The notes below the pieces were generated by a model that did not search any database, was not told the origin of the DNA, and was given only the letters and a program-made list of their open reading frames with translations. Positions 50,786-60,789 of a stretch of DNA of 64,000 bases are shown piece by piece. The position numbers and the translations under genes were made by a program. Numbering within the stretch: the first letter of the stretch is position 1; each line of letters starts with the position of its first letter. Source of the DNA: Candidatus Moraniibacteriota bacterium (GTDB lineage: Bacteria; Patescibacteriota; Minisyncoccia; Moranbacterales; UBA1568); NCBI GenBank assembly GCA_023261645.1, contig JAHFOO010000001.1:3871-67870 (forward strand), given 5' to 3'.

Positions 50786-52012
50786 TTATAGGTAGAAATT
50801 CTTGGATATATTTTGATAGGTTGTAATCAGGGTATTGCTCGCCGATATCATCTTATTATATTCTTTTATCGTCTTTTGAACCTTTGAGAGGGCCGTATTG
50901 AACTCTGGGACAAGATTGTTATACTTCTCATATTCCCCATCTTGTTTGTAATTATTCAAACGCTTATCCATTTTTGCCAGATCGACTTCTTGATTATCAA
51001 TATCTGTTTTTTGAACCTTGAGGTTTCGCTTGTACACAGCGATAGAATTTTTTAAACGCTCCAGTTCTTTCTGCGTGTTGATGGTATTGATGATTCCTGT
51101 ATATTCTTTACCATCAACTTTGTTTAATATTTCAACATTGCCAAGTGGTTGATATGCTGCATCTTCTGCTCCGTTACTTTCGATTGTATTTATTTGTACA
51201 TTGGAAGTGGCGACGCGACTCTTGGGTATAAGTTCGGGAATCATACCGATTTTATTTCCAAGACTGGTTGTTTCGACAAAACAATAGCCCGAATTATAGT
51301 TTGAAAATTCAAGTGGACACTTCACACCAACGGCCATATGATTATCTTCTGGATTTGGAAAAAGAAAAATCGATGTTCCATAGCCGAGCTCTTTCAGTAA
51401 CGCATAGGCCAGATAGCTTTTATCCTGACAGACCCCCGTGTTGTCATAGAGAACTTCATAGGGATAGGTTATCTTTTCTGTGATGCTTTCCATCCCGCTT
51501 GTTCTTCTGTCGAGCTTGTTTTGATCATAGGGAATCGTCTGTACAAAAGTTGAGATGAATTCTACTATTTGATTTTCATTCAATTTTTTTTCTTCCCCAA
51601 GTGTGCGTATTTTTTGAGCGAGATCTTTTATCGTTGTGTCTCCATTGAGAGGAGTAACAAACATCTCATTTTGGTTCTCGTACCATTCTTTATTCATTCC
51701 CGTACCCGTAGAGAGAGCTGTTGGGAGCGCATTATAGGATTGATAGTAGGATTCATATAACTTTTCATCCATCGTATAATTCTTCCCGTCATACTTCCAG
51801 TTGAACGGCACGATCTTTTCTCCGAGAGGGGCAGGCAGGGTTTGTGTTTGAGAAGAAGTACCAGACTGATTATTTTGTTTTTCTAGAGAGGACTTAATAT
51901 TTTTTAAAAAGGGCGACAAAAAAGCGAGTGTCACAAACGCACTCACAACAAAGAAGAAAATTATTATCAGACCACCCAGTAAACGGAGCCATCTTTTTCT
52001 ATTCATTTGCAT
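50786..52012 (-). CDS. Membrane-anchored transglutaminase-like cysteine protease with C-terminal coiled coil
   Basis: FVQTIPY, PYEVLYDNTGVCQDKS, HMAVG, FVETT (Cys-His-acid triad pattern). Confidence 0.75.
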   Translation of the reverse strand: MQMNRKRWLRLLGGLIIIFFFVVSAFVTLAFLSPFLKNIKSSLEKQNNQSGTSSQTQTLPAPLGEKIVPFNWKYDGKNYTMDEKLYESYYQSYNALPTALSTGTGMNKEWYENQNEMFVTPLNGDTTIKDLAQKIRTLGEEKKLNENQIVEFISTFVQTIPYDQNKLDRRTSGMESITEKITYPYEVLYDNTGVCQDKSYLAYALLKELGYGTSIFLFPNPEDNHMAVGVKCPLEFSNYNSGYCFVETTSLGNKIGMIPELIPKSRVATSNVQINTIESNGAEDAAYQPLGNVEILNKVDGKEYTGIINTINTQKELERLKNSIAVYKRNLKVQKTDIDNQEVDLAKMDKRLNNYKQDGEYEKYNNLVPEFNTALSKVQKTIKEYNKMISASNTLITTYQNISKNFYL

Positions 52013-52177
52013 AGCTCCTCTGTTCTTAGCGACTTATTACTCCAGAGTAATCATACCATGCCGAGGCTGAACCAAGTCTCTTCATACTGTTCAGTCCCGA
52101 CAGCTGATCCGTCTTGCTTCCCATAAAGGTCGAATTGGTGTATGATACTTTTTCGCCCTTAAAGCAGTTTCTCTCTT

Positions 52178-52813
52178 ATGTGGCAGAAAAGGTTTCTAAA
52201 ATTTTCGAGTATTATCCTGGTGATTATCGGGTTATTGTTGCTTTTTGGAAAAAAATCTTGGTTTCCAAATTTCTATAATCCTCTTTTTCTGGGCGTTATT
52301 GCCGTTATCTCTCCGCTTCTCATCTATCTTCCGAAATTTTTCCTCACGAAAAGCAGTCCAAAGAAAAGGAAGCTGATTCTAGAAATGCGTTCGGTCATAA
52401 CATTCTCACTTCTCGTCAACTTCGCAGGAGAACTTGGCCTGTTCCAACTCTACAAATATGGGTTCGAATATGATAAATTTGCCCACTTTATCGTTTCTAT
52501 GCTTTTTGCTTTCATTCTCGGAGAGGCTCTCAGTGAATGGGAGCAGCTTTCCCCTGGAAGAATACTCTGGCTCATCTTTCTTGTCGTTTTCAGCTCGGGC
52601 ATACTCTGGGAAATATTCGAAGCCACTTCAGATCTTCTTTTCAAAACACAAGAGTGGGGGGTATATGGCAAACACCTCGCCGGAGACACCTATAAGGATA
52701 TCGCTTTCAATACGCTCGGTGCCATCGCTGGTATCGTTGTCTTTATGATTCCTAAAGGACAGAGGGAAAAAATATCAAATAAAAAATCACCCCTGAAGAA
52801 GAGTGATTTTTAG
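52178..52813 (+). CDS. Membrane protein (DUF2238/VanZ-like)
   Basis: YDKFAHF, LWEIFE, DTYKDIAFNTLGA. Confidence 0.7.
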   Translation: MWQKRFLKFSSIILVIIGLLLLFGKKSWFPNFYNPLFLGVIAVISPLLIYLPKFFLTKSSPKKRKLILEMRSVITFSLLVNFAGELGLFQLYKYGFEYDKFAHFIVSMLFAFILGEALSEWEQLSPGRILWLIFLVVFSSGILWEIFEATSDLLFKTQEWGVYGKHLAGDTYKDIAFNTLGAIAGIVVFMIPKGQREKISNKKSPLKKSDF

Positions 52814-52817
52814 CTTA

Positions 52818-52993
52818 TGGAGCGGGTAAGGGGAGTCCTTTTTGCTCCGACAAAAATCCGGGGCGCTACACACAGAAAGCTACGCTCGCTCGCTTCCTAC
52901 TCACGCCCTTCTCCTCCCATTACCACTAAAAAAGTAAAAAGGAACAACATAAAGTCATTCCTTTTTACTTTGCTAGAGCGGGTAAGGGGAGTC
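52818..52993 (-). repeat. Direct duplication of the tRNA-Gly 3' end (18 bp, 156 bp period)
   Basis: GAGCGGGTAAGGGGAGTC at 52820-52837 and 52976-52993. Confidence 0.8.
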
Positions 52994-53048
52994 GAACCCC
53001 TATCTAATCCTTGGCAAGGACTCATAATAGCCGCTATACGATACCCGC
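52977..53048 (-). tRNA. tRNA-Gly(GCC)
   Basis: GCGGGTA...TACCCGCT; AGTCC-TTGCCAA-GGATT. Confidence 0.92.
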
Positions 53049-53069
53049 GAATATTCAATTCGTCTTCTG

Positions 53070-53141
53070 TGGGACTGGATGGGATCGAACCATCGACCAA
53101 GCGGTTATGAGCCGCGCGCTCTACCACTGAGCTACAGTCCC
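53070..53141 (-). tRNA. tRNA with CAT anticodon, probably Ile2 (lysidine); elongator Met not excluded
   Basis: GGGACTG...CAGTCCCA; GCGG-CTCATAA-CCGC; lacks the initiator GGG/CCC stem. Confidence 0.85.
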
Positions 53142-53244
53142 AAGCTCTTATATAAGCCTTTTCATCTTCTTATCCACCACCTATACAGTCATTTTTAAAA
53201 GATTTTTGAAAAGAGCTCAAACTCTTCTGTTGACAGACACTTTG

Positions 53245-53316
<72 letters not shown>

Positions 53317-53382
53317 AGATCCATACACTTTTTACTGTATTTCTTGTGGATAACTGACTTATACGCTCAAATAGGCTGTATG

Positions 53383-53456
53383 TGCACGCTCAAGGATTCG
53401 AACCTTGGACCCCCTCGGTGTAAACGAGGTGCTCTAACCAACTGAGCTAAGCGTGC
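53383..53456 (-). tRNA. tRNA-Val(TAC)
   Basis: GCACGCT...AGCGTGCA; CCTCG-TTTACAC-CGAGG. Confidence 0.95.
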
Positions 53457-53664
53457 TTCTCGCTCATTTCATTCACTCTGTGCCCAAGAGAGGACTCGGT
53501 CACGAATATTTTTTCTGTAGAAAAAATTTCCCGACCCTGCCTCGTGGTTTTTTCTTCTGAAAAAACAACTCTCCGGCTTTCTCGACCTCACGTAAGTGAA
53601 GCAGTTCACTTACTTCTTGAGCTTCTCGCTCATTTCATTCACTCTGTGCCCAAGAGAGGACTCG
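53455..53664 (-). repeat. Direct duplication of the tRNA-Leu 3' end plus trailer (44 bp, 166 bp period)
   Basis: GCTTCTCGCTCATTTCATTCACTCTGTGCCCAAGAGAGGACTCG at 53455-53498 and 53621-53664. Confidence 0.85.
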
Positions 53665-53730
53665 AACCTCCAATCCCTTGCGAGAACTAGCACCTCAAGC
53701 TAGCGCGTATACCAATTCCGCCACCTGGGC
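53647..53730 (-). tRNA. tRNA-Leu(GAG)
   Basis: GCCCAGG...CTTGGGCA; CTAGC-TTGAGGT-GCTAG; long variable arm. Confidence 0.93.
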
Positions 53731-53773
53731 AAAAAACTTCGGTTCTTTTTATATGAACCAAAGTCTGAGGACA

Positions 53774-54196
53774 TTACTTCGCTTCTTCAACAATCGGAGA
53801 AGCAACTTTTTTCTCCACCTTCTTTGGGAGACCACCTTTGACAGTTATTTCTTTGAGTTTCTTGCTTAAGACCTTCACGGATTTTTCACGTACGAAGTAG
53901 AGTTTCGCGCGACGTGCGTGCGTGCGTTTGATGAATTCAATCTTATCGATTTGTGGCGAAGACAAAGGAAAAACTATCTCAACACCGACACCGAAAGAGA
54001 CTTTGCGTACGGTTATTGTCTTGGAAGAGCTTTGACCGCCTTTTATGGCGATAACTGTTCCCTGGAAAGATTGGAGGCGTTCCTTGCTTCCTTCTTTGAT
54101 CTTACGAAAAATCTTCACAACATCTCCGGATTGGAATTCTGGTGTATCGAGAGGTTTTCTTTGCTTCAAGTTGAAAGATATGAGCTTTTGTTGCAT
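53774..54196 (-). CDS. rplS: 50S ribosomal protein L19
   Basis: PEFQSGDVV, KERLQSFQG, TVRKVSFGVGVE, RRAKLYFVR. Confidence 0.96.
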   Translation of the reverse strand: MQQKLISFNLKQRKPLDTPEFQSGDVVKIFRKIKEGSKERLQSFQGTVIAIKGGQSSSKTITVRKVSFGVGVEIVFPLSSPQIDKIEFIKRTHARRAKLYFVREKSVKVLSKKLKEITVKGGLPKKVEKKVASPIVEEAK

Positions 54197-54278
54197 ACAC
54201 TTGGGATAAATAGGAGGCCTCAGCTAGGGAGGACTACCGACGGATAAAGGATTAAAAAAGAAAAAACCCTGACCTTTG

Positions 54279-55421
54279 TCATTCTTCTAAAAGGCTTTTC
54301 AAGGCTTCATCATCATAAACTGTCTTTGATGTTTCGTCAACCCCGTCAGATATTGCTTTCGTCTTACCTTTTATGGCGGATGAAAGCCCTTTGATGCCTG
54401 CACCCTCTGATTGGAAAAATGTAGAATCTTTACCCTGATGTCTGACAGGATCAATGCTTCGAAGTACAGACCGGAAGTCTGGAGGCAGAGGGGCTTCAAA
54501 GGCATACTTTTTTGAAAAAAGATCGAATTTCAAACGGAAGGCATGAAGCAATTGACGTTGTGAAAAAAACGTATCTCCACGGCGCAGAGATTTGGATGCG
54601 TAGAGTTTGTCACCTACGATAGGGTTGCCGAGAGAAGCGAGATGTACCCTGATCTGATGCGTACGGCCTGTTTTCGGTGTAACTGACAAAAGGTCAAACT
54701 CTGCGTAACGAGCGATGACATGATAGAGAGTGAGGGCTTGTCGCGCGCCTTCAGGGACATACTGTGTTTCTACTGCAAAGCGCTTCAATTCTCCGGAATG
54801 ACGTATCAGAGGTTTGTTTATCTCACCTTCGAGCGCTTCCATATGCCCATACACCAAAGCGATGTATGTTTTCTCCATCATGCGTTTTTGAAAAAGTTCT
54901 TTGAGGGCTTTGAACGACGCTTCTGTCTTGGCAATGACGAGGACTCCCGATGTCTCACGATCCAATCGATGGACAATGCCCGGTCGCAGAGAATCTTCTC
55001 CGATATGGCGCAGTTCCGGATATTTCGTAATGATCCAGTGGGCAACAGTTTTCATATCGATATCCCCGGCAGGGTGGACTTGGATACCATCCGGCTTATT
55101 GATAACGATGATGGACTCATCTTCATAGAGTACCGGGATGTCGATATCTTTCCGTGGTTCGAGTATGGGAGCAGGAGCGAAGAGATCTTTTGTGGAAACT
55201 TCCGCTGTATCGTGCAACTTCACCAGATAACTCGGTGTCGTCTCCCTGGTGTTCAAAGAAATCTTCCGTTCGTTGATCAGACGCGTGACGCTTCCGCGCG
55301 AAAGACCGCATGCGGGTAATTTTTTTTGTAACAGATCAAAAACAGCCACATCGAGCCGTTTATCGACAAGACGTCGTGGGATTTCAAGTACGATCTTTTC
55401 GTTTGATACTTGTGTGTCCAT
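54279..55421 (-). CDS. RluA/RluD-family pseudouridine synthase
   Basis: S4-like N-terminus, INKPDG, RPGIVHRLDRETSG, TGRTHQIRVH, GDKLY, LHA. Confidence 0.93.
   Translation of the reverse strand: MDTQVSNEKIVLEIPRRLVDKRLDVAVFDLLQKKLPACGLSRGSVTRLINERKISLNTRETTPSYLVKLHDTAEVSTKDLFAPAPILEPRKDIDIPVLYEDESIIVINKPDGIQVHPAGDIDMKTVAHWIITKYPELRHIGEDSLRPGIVHRLDRETSGVLVIAKTEASFKALKELFQKRMMEKTYIALVYGHMEALEGEINKPLIRHSGELKRFAVETQYVPEGARQALTLYHVIARYAEFDLLSVTPKTGRTHQIRVHLASLGNPIVGDKLYASKSLRRGDTFFSQRQLLHAFRLKFDLFSKKYAFEAPLPPDFRSVLRSIDPVRHQGKDSTFFQSEGAGIKGLSSAIKGKTKAISDGVDETSKTVYDDEALKSLLEE
54337..54454. mobile_element. In-frame miniature insertion (114 bp) in the RluA-family gene
   Basis: TCAA direct repeats at 54337 and 54451 bracketing imperfect inverted ends CCCCGTCAGATA / TGTCTGACAGGA. 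Confidence 0.55.
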
Positions 55422-55563
55422 ATATCAAAGAAGATTGTTTATACAAAAAGCAGACTCTTTGGTATACTATAAGGTATTCGGCTCCAGAGCAAGCTTACAC
55501 GCATTGCTATCGGAAATCTTGCAGGCGAGGTTTCCGTGATAAGTAACTATAAAACAGCATCAT

Positions 55564-56577
55564 ATGAAAATCTTTTTTTTTGAAGCTACCGAGTCCGATA
55601 AAGATTACCTCACTCCATTGTTTCGGGATCACGAAGTCCTTTTCTTCTCAGAACCACTGACAGAGAAAAATAAAGAAAAGGCACGAGATGCGGAAATCAT
55701 TTCCATATTCATTTATTCGGTAGTGAATAAGGCGGTTATCGAACATTTGGAAAATGTGCGTTGTATCGCGACACGCTCGACTGGTTTCGATCATATCGAT
55801 ATCGATTCATGTGCAGAAAAAAATATTGCCGTGCTGAATGTCCCATATTATGGAGAGAACACGGTAGCAGAACACACCTTTGCCCTCATATTGGCTCTTT
55901 CCCGCAATGTCCATAAATCATACGCTCGTGGATTGAAAGAAAATTTTTCTATGAATGGACTTATCGGTTTCGATTTGAAAAATAAAACTCTTGGGGTCAT
56001 AGGTACGGGACATATCGGACTTCACGTCATCCGTATCGCGAAAGGTTTCGGTATGCATGTCTTGGCCTACGATACGCATCACGACACTTTTCTTTCGGAA
56101 ATACTCCATTTCAATTACGCCTCGTTCGACGAAGTGCTCGCTCAATCGGACATCTTGACGATACACGTACCGTATAATGAACACACGTATCACCTTATCG
56201 GAAGAGAGAATATCAAAAAGATAAAACCGGGAAGCTTGCTCATCAACACGGCACGCGGTGGTATCGTGGAGAATGAAGCCTTGATCGAAGCACTCGACAA
56301 CCACACTCTTTCCGGAGCTGGTCTCGACGTACTCGAAGGGGAGGAATACATCAAAGAAGAACAACAATGTTTGTATGGAGATTGTGATCCGGTGCAGGCA
56401 AGACAGATCGAACAGAACAAAAATCTGCTTAGCCGTGACAATGTCGTGTATACTCCGCACATCGGATTCTACAGTGAAGAAGCTCTCAAACGTATCCTCG
56501 ATACGACGACCGAAAATATCATACAATTCGCTCTCGGGAAAATCGAGAATTCCGTCATACCTCCGAAAAAGAAATAG
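55564..56577 (+). CDS. D-isomer-specific 2-hydroxyacid dehydrogenase (D-lactate dehydrogenase-like)
   Basis: RSTGFDHID, VAEH, GTGHIG, LINTARG, LDVLE, TPHIGF. Confidence 0.9.
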   Translation: MKIFFFEATESDKDYLTPLFRDHEVLFFSEPLTEKNKEKARDAEIISIFIYSVVNKAVIEHLENVRCIATRSTGFDHIDIDSCAEKNIAVLNVPYYGENTVAEHTFALILALSRNVHKSYARGLKENFSMNGLIGFDLKNKTLGVIGTGHIGLHVIRIAKGFGMHVLAYDTHHDTFLSEILHFNYASFDEVLAQSDILTIHVPYNEHTYHLIGRENIKKIKPGSLLINTARGGIVENEALIEALDNHTLSGAGLDVLEGEEYIKEEQQCLYGDCDPVQARQIEQNKNLLSRDNVVYTPHIGFYSEEALKRILDTTTENIIQFALGKIENSVIPPKKK

Positions 56578-56820
56578 CCCATTTCCGCTTCAGAAGATGT
56601 CTCTTCACCTCTCTTTTTTGAGAGGTTTTTTGTTTGTTACTTCATTTTTATCTTGTGTCTAAAATATGAATGAAACCACTATATATAGTTGAAATTATAA
56701 AAAATGATGAAAAATGGAGTGCTTTTTTCGGCTTAAAGACAGGCAATTTGACACACAGAAAACAACCTTCTATTATGGGTGAACAGATCGTTTTATTCGT
56801 TAATAAATAATAATAAAAAT

Positions 56821-57459
56821 ATGCATCAAGAATCATGTTGTGGTGAAGGCAATTGCCAAAACGAACCAGAAGAAATAATCGGATTTTTCCCTGAAATCGG
56901 AAAAACAGTTCCGAATCTTGAATTCGATTATTATCAAAAAGAGAATTTTCATAAGGCGCATTTTTCCGACTATCGTGGCAAGTGGACTATCGTTTTTTTC
57001 TATCCTGCTGACTTCACGTTTGTTTGCCCAACCGAGCTCGAAGAAATGCAGGCTAATTACCAGAAATTCCAGGAATTTGGAGCCGAAGTCCTCTCTGTCT
57101 CCACTGATACCAAATTCACTCACAAGGCCTGGCATGATCATTCGCCGGCCATCAAACAGCTCGAATACCCGATGATCGCTGATCCATCCGGTGATATCGC
57201 AGAAACATTTGGCGTTCTGATCCACGAAGGCGATGATAGTGGATTGGCGCTCCGGGGCACCTTTATTATCGATCCGGATGGAGTACTTCAGGCCTATGAA
57301 GTCAATGCTAATAATGTCGGACGAAGTGCAAATGAACTCCTTCGTAAGCTCGAAGCGGCTATTTTCGTCCGTGAGCATCACGGAGAAGTGTGCCCTGCAA
57401 GCTGGAAGAAGGGTGAGAAAACACTCAAACCAAGCATCGATTTGGTTGGTAAGCTCTAA
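56821..57459 (+). CDS. ahpC: 2-Cys peroxiredoxin AhpC
   Basis: FYPADFTFVCPTE, RGTFIIDP, GEVCPASW. Confidence 0.95.
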   Translation: MHQESCCGEGNCQNEPEEIIGFFPEIGKTVPNLEFDYYQKENFHKAHFSDYRGKWTIVFFYPADFTFVCPTELEEMQANYQKFQEFGAEVLSVSTDTKFTHKAWHDHSPAIKQLEYPMIADPSGDIAETFGVLIHEGDDSGLALRGTFIIDPDGVLQAYEVNANNVGRSANELLRKLEAAIFVREHHGEVCPASWKKGEKTLKPSIDLVGKL

Positions 57460-57478
57460 ATAAATAATACATACATTT

Positions 57479-58054
57479 ATGTCAGATATTTACACTGCCA
57501 AAGAGTACACGCATCTCCTCGGACTCGAAGGGTTCTCGGATACATTGCTTACGAATCACTTCACTCTCTATGGGGGGTATGTGAAAAACACCAATGCTCT
57601 TGCGAATCTGCTCGAAACAAAAGAACTCGGTACACCGGAATATGCGGAGTTGACACGACGTTTCGGTTGGGAATGGAACGGAATGCGTCTGCACGAATTG
57701 TATTTTGAAAACCTGAGCAAAGAAGCGGACGCACTCGGAGACGGTTCGTTGAAGGAGAAAATAGAAACGGTATACGGGAACTTCGAAAATTGGAAGAAGA
57801 AATTCGCCAGCATCGGAGCGATGAGAGGTATCGGCTGGGTCGTCCTCTATCAGGATGTCATAAGCGGAAGCCTGTTCTCGACGTGGATCAATGAACATGA
57901 TATGGGACATCTCGCAGGATGTACACCACTTCTCGTTATGGATGTTTTCGAACACGCATATATGACTGATTACGGAATCAAAAAGGCTGACTACATTGAG
58001 ACATTTTTCCGTTCTATCGATTGGACCGTGGTGGAGAAAAGATTTGCACAATAA
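57479..58054 (+). CDS. Fe/Mn superoxide dismutase
   Basis: NHFTLYGGYV, NGMRLHELYF, GIGWV, DVFEHAY. Confidence 0.9.
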   Translation: MSDIYTAKEYTHLLGLEGFSDTLLTNHFTLYGGYVKNTNALANLLETKELGTPEYAELTRRFGWEWNGMRLHELYFENLSKEADALGDGSLKEKIETVYGNFENWKKKFASIGAMRGIGWVVLYQDVISGSLFSTWINEHDMGHLAGCTPLLVMDVFEHAYMTDYGIKKADYIETFFRSIDWTVVEKRFAQ

Positions 58055-58068
58055 ATAGAAACAAAAAT

Positions 58069-60684
58069 ATGATACTGACCAAAGTAAAACGACGTGATGG
58101 CGAAGTGGTTCCTTTTGATCGATTGCGTATCGAAAAAGCTATTGAAAGCGCTTGTGATGCCACAGGAGAAATGGACAAAGATTTCATACCGAAGATAACC
58201 GATGAGGTTATAAATGACCTCATTCTGACCTGCAGAGAAGATGCTGATACCCATATTCCTTCCGTGGAGACTATTCAGAATTTCGTCGAGAAACATCTGA
58301 TGAGAGAGAGTCGCTATGAAATCGCCAAGGCGTACATTCTTTACAGAGAAAAACAGAGCGAGAAACGTGAAGAAATAAAAGAACAGCTTATCGATCAATT
58401 CGAGAAGCACTCGATGAAAGTCATCAAAGCGAACGGCACGCAGGAACTCTTTGAATTGAAGAAGATCAAAGCTGTTTTCGATCGTGCCTCCGTTTCTTAT
58501 GAAAAAGAATGTCGTTTTGAAGATCTCATCGAAGCATTCAAGAAAAATATCGTCGATGAGATAAAGACTTCGGATATTAGTAAGCTTCTTGTAAAAACCT
58601 GTGTCGACCTCGTGACAGTGGAAAATATTTCCTGGCAAAATGTTGCGGCACGTATTCTTTTGGGAGATTTGTACAAACAAGCGCTCAAAAATCGTGGTCT
58701 GAAACAGAAAGATATCTACACGAAAGAAGCGTTCAAAACACACTTCGATGATTATATACAGCGCGGATATTATTACAAAGATTTTTACGAATATTATTCC
58801 AATCAGGATATCCTCGACGCAGGAGAGCATCTCTCCCGAGATACGGATATGAATTATGAATATACGACGATTGTCTCTTTCGCTAAACGCTATCTCCTCA
58901 ATCCGAATAAAATCGTCAGAGAATTGCCCCAAGAGATGTATATGTCAGTCGCTTTGTTTCTGGCTATTCCGGAAAAACCTGAGGATCGACTCTCGTTCGC
59001 ATTGAAAGTGTATGAGCATTGTTCCAAGCAACGTATCTCGCTCCCGACACCGACACTCCTCAATGCTCGTACTAATTATCATCAGCTCTCGAGCTGTTTC
59101 AAGATAAGTATCAATGACGATCTCCGTGATATCTACCACGCTGTCGAGAATATGGCACAAATTTCCAAATTCGGCGGTGGAGTCGGAGTCTATTTGGGCA
59201 ATATCCGTTCTCGTGGCAGTGCTATCCGCGATATCAAAGGGATGTCCGGTGGTGTGAATCCATGGGTCAAAGTCATCAATGATACGGCTGTCGCCGTCAA
59301 TCAGCTCGGCGCCCGACTAGGAGCCATTTCCGTCACTCTCGATATCTGGCATCGGGATATCTATGATTTCCTTGATCTTCAGACGGAGACAGGAGATATT
59401 CGCTCCAAGGCATTCGATATTTTTCCGTCCGTTTCCATTCCGGATCTCTTTATGAAAAGATTGGAAGCGGATCTCGATATCGCACTTTTCGATCCGCACG
59501 AAGTGGAGACATTTTATGGAAAACGTCTGCAGGATACATTCAATGAAGAATTCGAAACATTTTATGAAATACTTGAAAAAGACGAGCGTCTCACGATGAA
59601 GAAAGTGGTCAAAGCCAAGGACATCTTCAAAAAATTCTTGAAATCTACCGTTGAAACCGGTATGCCATATGTCTTTTTCCGTGATACTGTCAATCGTCTC
59701 AATCCGAATAAACACGTGGGGAATATTTACTCCACCCAATTGTGTACAGAAATCTGTCAGAATACATCAGTGACGAAATTCGTTGAAGAAACCATAGAAG
59801 ACGGAAAAATCGTCATCCGCTATGAACCGGGAGACCTCGTCGTCTGCAATTTAGCCTCCATCAATATCGCTACCGTGTCGGATCCTGCAGTCATCGCGGA
59901 CGTCTTCCCGACGGTTATGCGTGTTCTCGATAACGTCGTTACACTCAATTACTATCCGGTCAAGGAGGCCGAGCGTACGGCAATGCGTTATCGAAGCGTC
60001 GGTCTCGGATATCTCGGTTTGGCAGAATATCTGGCCGTGAGGAAACTCGCTTACGATAGTGAAGAAGCTCGTACGGAAGTTAATCGTCTCTTTGAGCGCT
60101 ATACGTATCACACGTATCGAGCTTCAGTCGACCTCGCGAAGGAACGCGGACACTATGAACTCTATCCCGGAAGCGAATATTCCAAAGGAATCCTTCTCGG
60201 ACGAGATGAGAAATGGTTCGAGACCAAGACTTCGTTTGCGAAAGAATGGAAGGAACTTTTCCTTGATATGAAAACTTCCGGAGTGCGATTCGCTTATCAC
60301 GTCGCTCCGGCTCCCAACACTTCCACTGCCGGTGTCGTCGGCACCACTGCCGCACTTCTGCCTATCTACAAGAAATTCTTCATCGAAACCAATCTTTCAT
60401 CACCGACTATCCGTGTCGCACCGAAACTTTCCAAAGAAAATTTCTGGTACTACAAGGAATACATCAATATGAATATGAATGATGTCATCGATATGATGTC
60501 GGTCATCTATCCGTGGGTAGATCAGTCCATCTCGTTCGAGTGGATGATCGATCCGACACGCGTCAGTCCTGAGCAACTGTTCAACTACTATATGAAGAGT
60601 TGGAAGCAAGGAATCAAAACCGTCTATTACGTACGCAGTCTCTCGGCAGAGATAAAGGATAATTGTGTCAGCTGTAGTGGTTAG
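58069..60684 (+). CDS. nrdA: Class I ribonucleotide reductase alpha subunit with N-terminal ATP cones
   Basis: VKRRDG and VIKANG cones, PTPTL, LSSCF, LCTEI, VCNLAS, APNTS, VYYVR, C-terminal CVSC. Confidence 0.95.
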   Translation: MILTKVKRRDGEVVPFDRLRIEKAIESACDATGEMDKDFIPKITDEVINDLILTCREDADTHIPSVETIQNFVEKHLMRESRYEIAKAYILYREKQSEKREEIKEQLIDQFEKHSMKVIKANGTQELFELKKIKAVFDRASVSYEKECRFEDLIEAFKKNIVDEIKTSDISKLLVKTCVDLVTVENISWQNVAARILLGDLYKQALKNRGLKQKDIYTKEAFKTHFDDYIQRGYYYKDFYEYYSNQDILDAGEHLSRDTDMNYEYTTIVSFAKRYLLNPNKIVRELPQEMYMSVALFLAIPEKPEDRLSFALKVYEHCSKQRISLPTPTLLNARTNYHQLSSCFKISINDDLRDIYHAVENMAQISKFGGGVGVYLGNIRSRGSAIRDIKGMSGGVNPWVKVINDTAVAVNQLGARLGAISVTLDIWHRDIYDFLDLQTETGDIRSKAFDIFPSVSIPDLFMKRLEADLDIALFDPHEVETFYGKRLQDTFNEEFETFYEILEKDERLTMKKVVKAKDIFKKFLKSTVETGMPYVFFRDTVNRLNPNKHVGNIYSTQLCTEICQNTSVTKFVEETIEDGKIVIRYEPGDLVVCNLASINIATVSDPAVIADVFPTVMRVLDNVVTLNYYPVKEAERTAMRYRSVGLGYLGLAEYLAVRKLAYDSEEARTEVNRLFERYTYHTYRASVDLAKERGHYELYPGSEYSKGILLGRDEKWFETKTSFAKEWKELFLDMKTSGVRFAYHVAPAPNTSTAGVVGTTAALLPIYKKFFIETNLSSPTIRVAPKLSKENFWYYKEYINMNMNDVIDMMSVIYPWVDQSISFEWMIDPTRVSPEQLFNYYMKSWKQGIKTVYYVRSLSAEIKDNCVSCSG

Positions 60685-60789
60685 GAGCGATTGGTGGGCA
60701 TGACAGGATGTAAGATGAATCTCTTGTGCTCAAGTCATCTTTCTATGTCGTGATGAGAATAGACTTTTCAACCTAATATTCCAAAAATT

